From assembly GCA_030429145.1 (NCBI GenBank), contig JAUIDC010000001.1, positions 180,001-212,000 of the forward strand: DNA of 32,000 nt, given 5' to 3'. Shown here in pieces: positions 29,628 through 32,000 of the stretch (its first letter is position 1; every line of letters starts with the position of its first letter). The DNA is from Candidatus Saccharimonadota bacterium (GTDB lineage Bacteria > Patescibacteriota > Gracilibacteria > Absconditabacterales > Absconditicoccaceae). The notes under the pieces were generated by a model. The model was not told the origin of the DNA. It ran no database searches and was given only the letters and a program-made list of their open reading frames with translations. Position numbers and translations under genes: made by a program.

Positions 29628-30248
29628 ATGACACACAACATCATCGAAGCATTGCAATGGCGCTATGCGACAAAGCACTATGATACAGAGAAAAAACTTG
29701 AAGAAGACAAATTACATACGATCCTAGAAGCGTGAAGATTGGCACCTTCTCGGGCGAATACACAACCACGAACATTTGTTGTCGTGAGCAATCCTGAAAT
29801 AAAAAAAGAGCTCGGAGAGCATTCAGGAAATGCACAAGTAGTAGAGTGTTCACACCTCATTGTCATTTGTGCTATAACTGACTTTAATACTGACTATATC
29901 AATAAGCACATAGAGCATACAGCGCAGACGCGAGACAAAGATATCTCTGCAGTGGAGTGATATAAAAAGATGCTTCTCGGTATGGAGAAGACGCAAGACA
30001 AATGGTTGAAACACAATCCATTTATCGCACTTGGCACGATGATCTGTGCAGCGGCTGAACTACGCGTTGATAGCTCACCTATGTGAGGATTCGATCGCGA
30101 ATGATTTACAAAAGTGCTACAACTTGAAGAAAAAAAGCTGACACCACTAGTACTCCTAGGGCTTGGCTATAGAAGCAAAGATGATAAAGCAGCAGAGCGC
30201 AAGAAAGTAAGGTGGGATCATGAAGACGTCATCATCCGTCTTGATTAA
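29628..30248 (+). CDS. NAD(P)H nitroreductase family protein (206 aa)
   Basis: ATG 29628 to TAA 30246-30248 with four TGA codons. It absorbs track ORF 29739..29960. Motifs: RYATKHYD, ILEA-G-RLAPSRANTQPRTFVVV, SSPM-G-GFD, LLGLGYR. Confidence 0.85.
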
Positions 30249-30251
30249 CTG

Positions 30252-31106
30252 CTACCCCAATAGACGAGATAATACGACAAAAAACAGCACCATCCCCGAA
30301 AGTGTATTTACTCGAGGAAAGATTTTATATATAGAGAAAAGTGTTCATTTTTTATATTGCCACAATGCTACTATCATCAGCGCTATATAGAGAACGCCTA
30401 GCAGTCCGAGAATCCAATGATAGAAAAAAGCGATGCTACCTGCCAAAAGATAAAGCAAGAGGCACAAGAATATAGTCCCCAAACCTCAAAGCAACGTTGC
30501 GACGGTATCTACCCCTCACTCCTTATCAGCTTGTATGTCAGGCACAGCTGAAAATGCATGCATCGCCATAGCCCAGGCCAGTGCGGCAAGCACAAACATC
30601 CAGCCAATGTTTTCTGGTCCAGCGATCAGCAAAAATCAAAACAGCGCTGTTGTTACATAATGTCATGCACTGAAAAACATATCTAGCAACGGTAGACCTT
30701 TCGCTCTTATCGGCTTTGCCGAATACTGTCCTGAGAAAAAGAGGAAAAGCAAGAACGCTACGATAGGAGCGATCTCCCATGGGATAAATAAAAGAAAAGG
30801 AAGTGTTGAAAAAGCTATTCGCCTCCACAGTTTTAGATGCTCTTTCGGTTCAACAAGAGCCTCATAGGCCTGTTTCTTTGGATTGAGCTTATCTGTTTCA
30901 TAGTCGTAGATGTCGTTGATCCCGTATATCCAAATGTTTGCAGGGATGAGAAAATATAAAAAGAATACAGCGATGAGGAACCACATACTCTTATCTCAAG
31001 GCACACCAAATAGTGCCATCCCAGCTATAAGACCAATCATGTATGGCCCCAGTTCATATATTCGAAATCTTGGTCTAGAAATACGCAACACTCTCTGCAA
31101 ATGCAT
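30252..31106 (-). CDS. UbiA-family prenyltransferase (284 aa), lycopene-elongase (CrtEb/Lye)-like N-terminus
   Basis: One frame runs from ATG 31104-31106 to TAG 30252-30254 with TGA at 30996, 30663, 30636, 30516, 30486 and 30345. It absorbs track ORF 30663..30986. Asp-rich motifs NDIYDYETDKLNPKK and DIQADKE-G-GVDT. The N-terminus LRISRPRFRIYELGP resembles, from memory, the SRPRFW signature of carotenoid-elongating UbiA enzymes. About 8 TM helices. Confidence 0.72.
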
Positions 31107-31133
31107 AGTTATATGAGAACAAAAGATAAAAGA

Positions 31134-31976
31134 TTATCGGATATGTTGTAATAAAATACGACCTTTATCAACTTTCGTTGTTCTCGCCGAATGAGAAAAA
31201 ACATCATAGTTGTTTTTTTCTATTTTTCTGAGTATTCACTGATAGAGCTTTGATGCGAGAAAGATAGGTTTCTGAGCAAACTCAGGCAAAAACTGTAATC
31301 ACTCCTCTGCCTCAGCATAAAGCTGATCTGCATGTTCAATTTGCACACGCATAAAATCTTGCCGTGACGCATCAGGATTTTCTCTTCATTCTACATACGC
31401 ACGCACATCATCGTGCGATAAGCCATGTTGACGAAGCTCTTCTTGTGGCATATAAATGCGCTGAAAGTCTCTTCGATCCTCCGCTACATCACGCAAAAAG
31501 TTAGTAAGTTGCATGGCCTCTCAAAGCGCTCTCGCATATGGCAACGCGTGCTCTTTATCAGCGTCCACCAGATAACACATCATCTCTCCGACCACCATGG
31601 CAGAACCATACATATATTGTTGTAACTCCTCATATGTCTCATAAAGACTCTTCTCTGTATCCATTAACATCGCATCCCAAAAACTCTCGCTAGAGAGAAA
31701 TGGGATCTTTTTACGATGAAAAAGCTCTACGGCACTGCCCCAACGCTCATGTGCTATATCTTTTTCCTCATATGCTTTCTGCCACTCTTTCCACATCTCT
31801 TGGAGTATCCTCTTTGCATCTTGTCCCGATCTCTCTTTATCGTCTACGACCAAATCAGGGATGCGAACAAACGCATACAGTGTCATCACATCCTTCTTTA
31901 CATGACGAGGAAAGAACAATGTCGCATAGTAGTAACTTGTTCCATACTTTCTCATATAGTATGACACTGAACGCAT
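31134..31976 (-). CDS. phytoene/squalene synthase family enzyme (CrtB/CrtM-like, 280 aa)
   Basis: Track ORF 31521..31976 continues through TGA at 31521, 31386, 31299 and 31236 to TAA 31134-31136. Motifs: TSYYYATLFFP, LYAFVRIPDLVVDD (first Asp-rich), YMYGSAMVVGEMM, NFLRDVAEDRRDFQRIYMP (second Asp-rich), NYDVFSHSARTTK. Confidence 0.8.
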
Positions 31977-32000
31977 CTAGTGATTTTTACCTGCTAAAAC

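Noticed and set aside
1-32000. Mycoplasma-type code 4 (UGA = Trp), or selenocysteine/programmed readthrough, as the explanation for in-frame TGA.
   Set aside because: TGA falls in P-loops (GxxGxGKS), IGPGAG, SAGRVQS and WDFGDG-type positions that are Gly, not Trp. TGG is used separately for Trp. The density of TGA, including tandem TGA-TGA, is far too high for selenocysteine, and there is no consistent downstream SECIS-like hairpin.

Overview
This window only makes sense under translation table 25 (UGA = Gly), the code known from Gracilibacteria/BD1-5 and Absconditabacteria/SR1 in the Candidate Phyla Radiation. The supplied standard-code ORF track breaks almost every long gene at TGA. Retranslating by hand with TGA=Gly joins the fragments, always in one frame, into 26 CDS that end only in TAA or TAG, and the in-frame TGA codons fall on invariant glycines. 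Core genes: uvrA, topA, a RelA/SpoT homologue, a WecA/MraY-like GT4 transferase, an IMPase-family protein, an SbcC/Rad50-like ATPase, a PAP2 phosphatase, an MsbA-type ABC exporter, a DsbA-like oxidoreductase, an EVE-domain protein and a nitroreductase. Accessory or unusual genes: a TrmB-type regulator translationally coupled to a 795-aa EgtD-like methyltransferase/TM/unknown-domain fusion; a 925-aa secreted TSP3/PKD surface protein; a minimal SET-domain lysine methyltransferase; and a UbiA prenyltransferase plus phytoene/squalene-synthase pair cut by the window edge. The most interesting signal is a histone-H1-like Lys/Ala/Thr-rich N-terminal tail on three unrelated proteins (UvrA, TopA and a membrane protein). 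The SET-domain methyltransferase is transcribed divergently from one of them. I found no rRNA, tRNA, CRISPR array, transposase or integrase. Domain calls rest on motifs read by eye; no searches were run.
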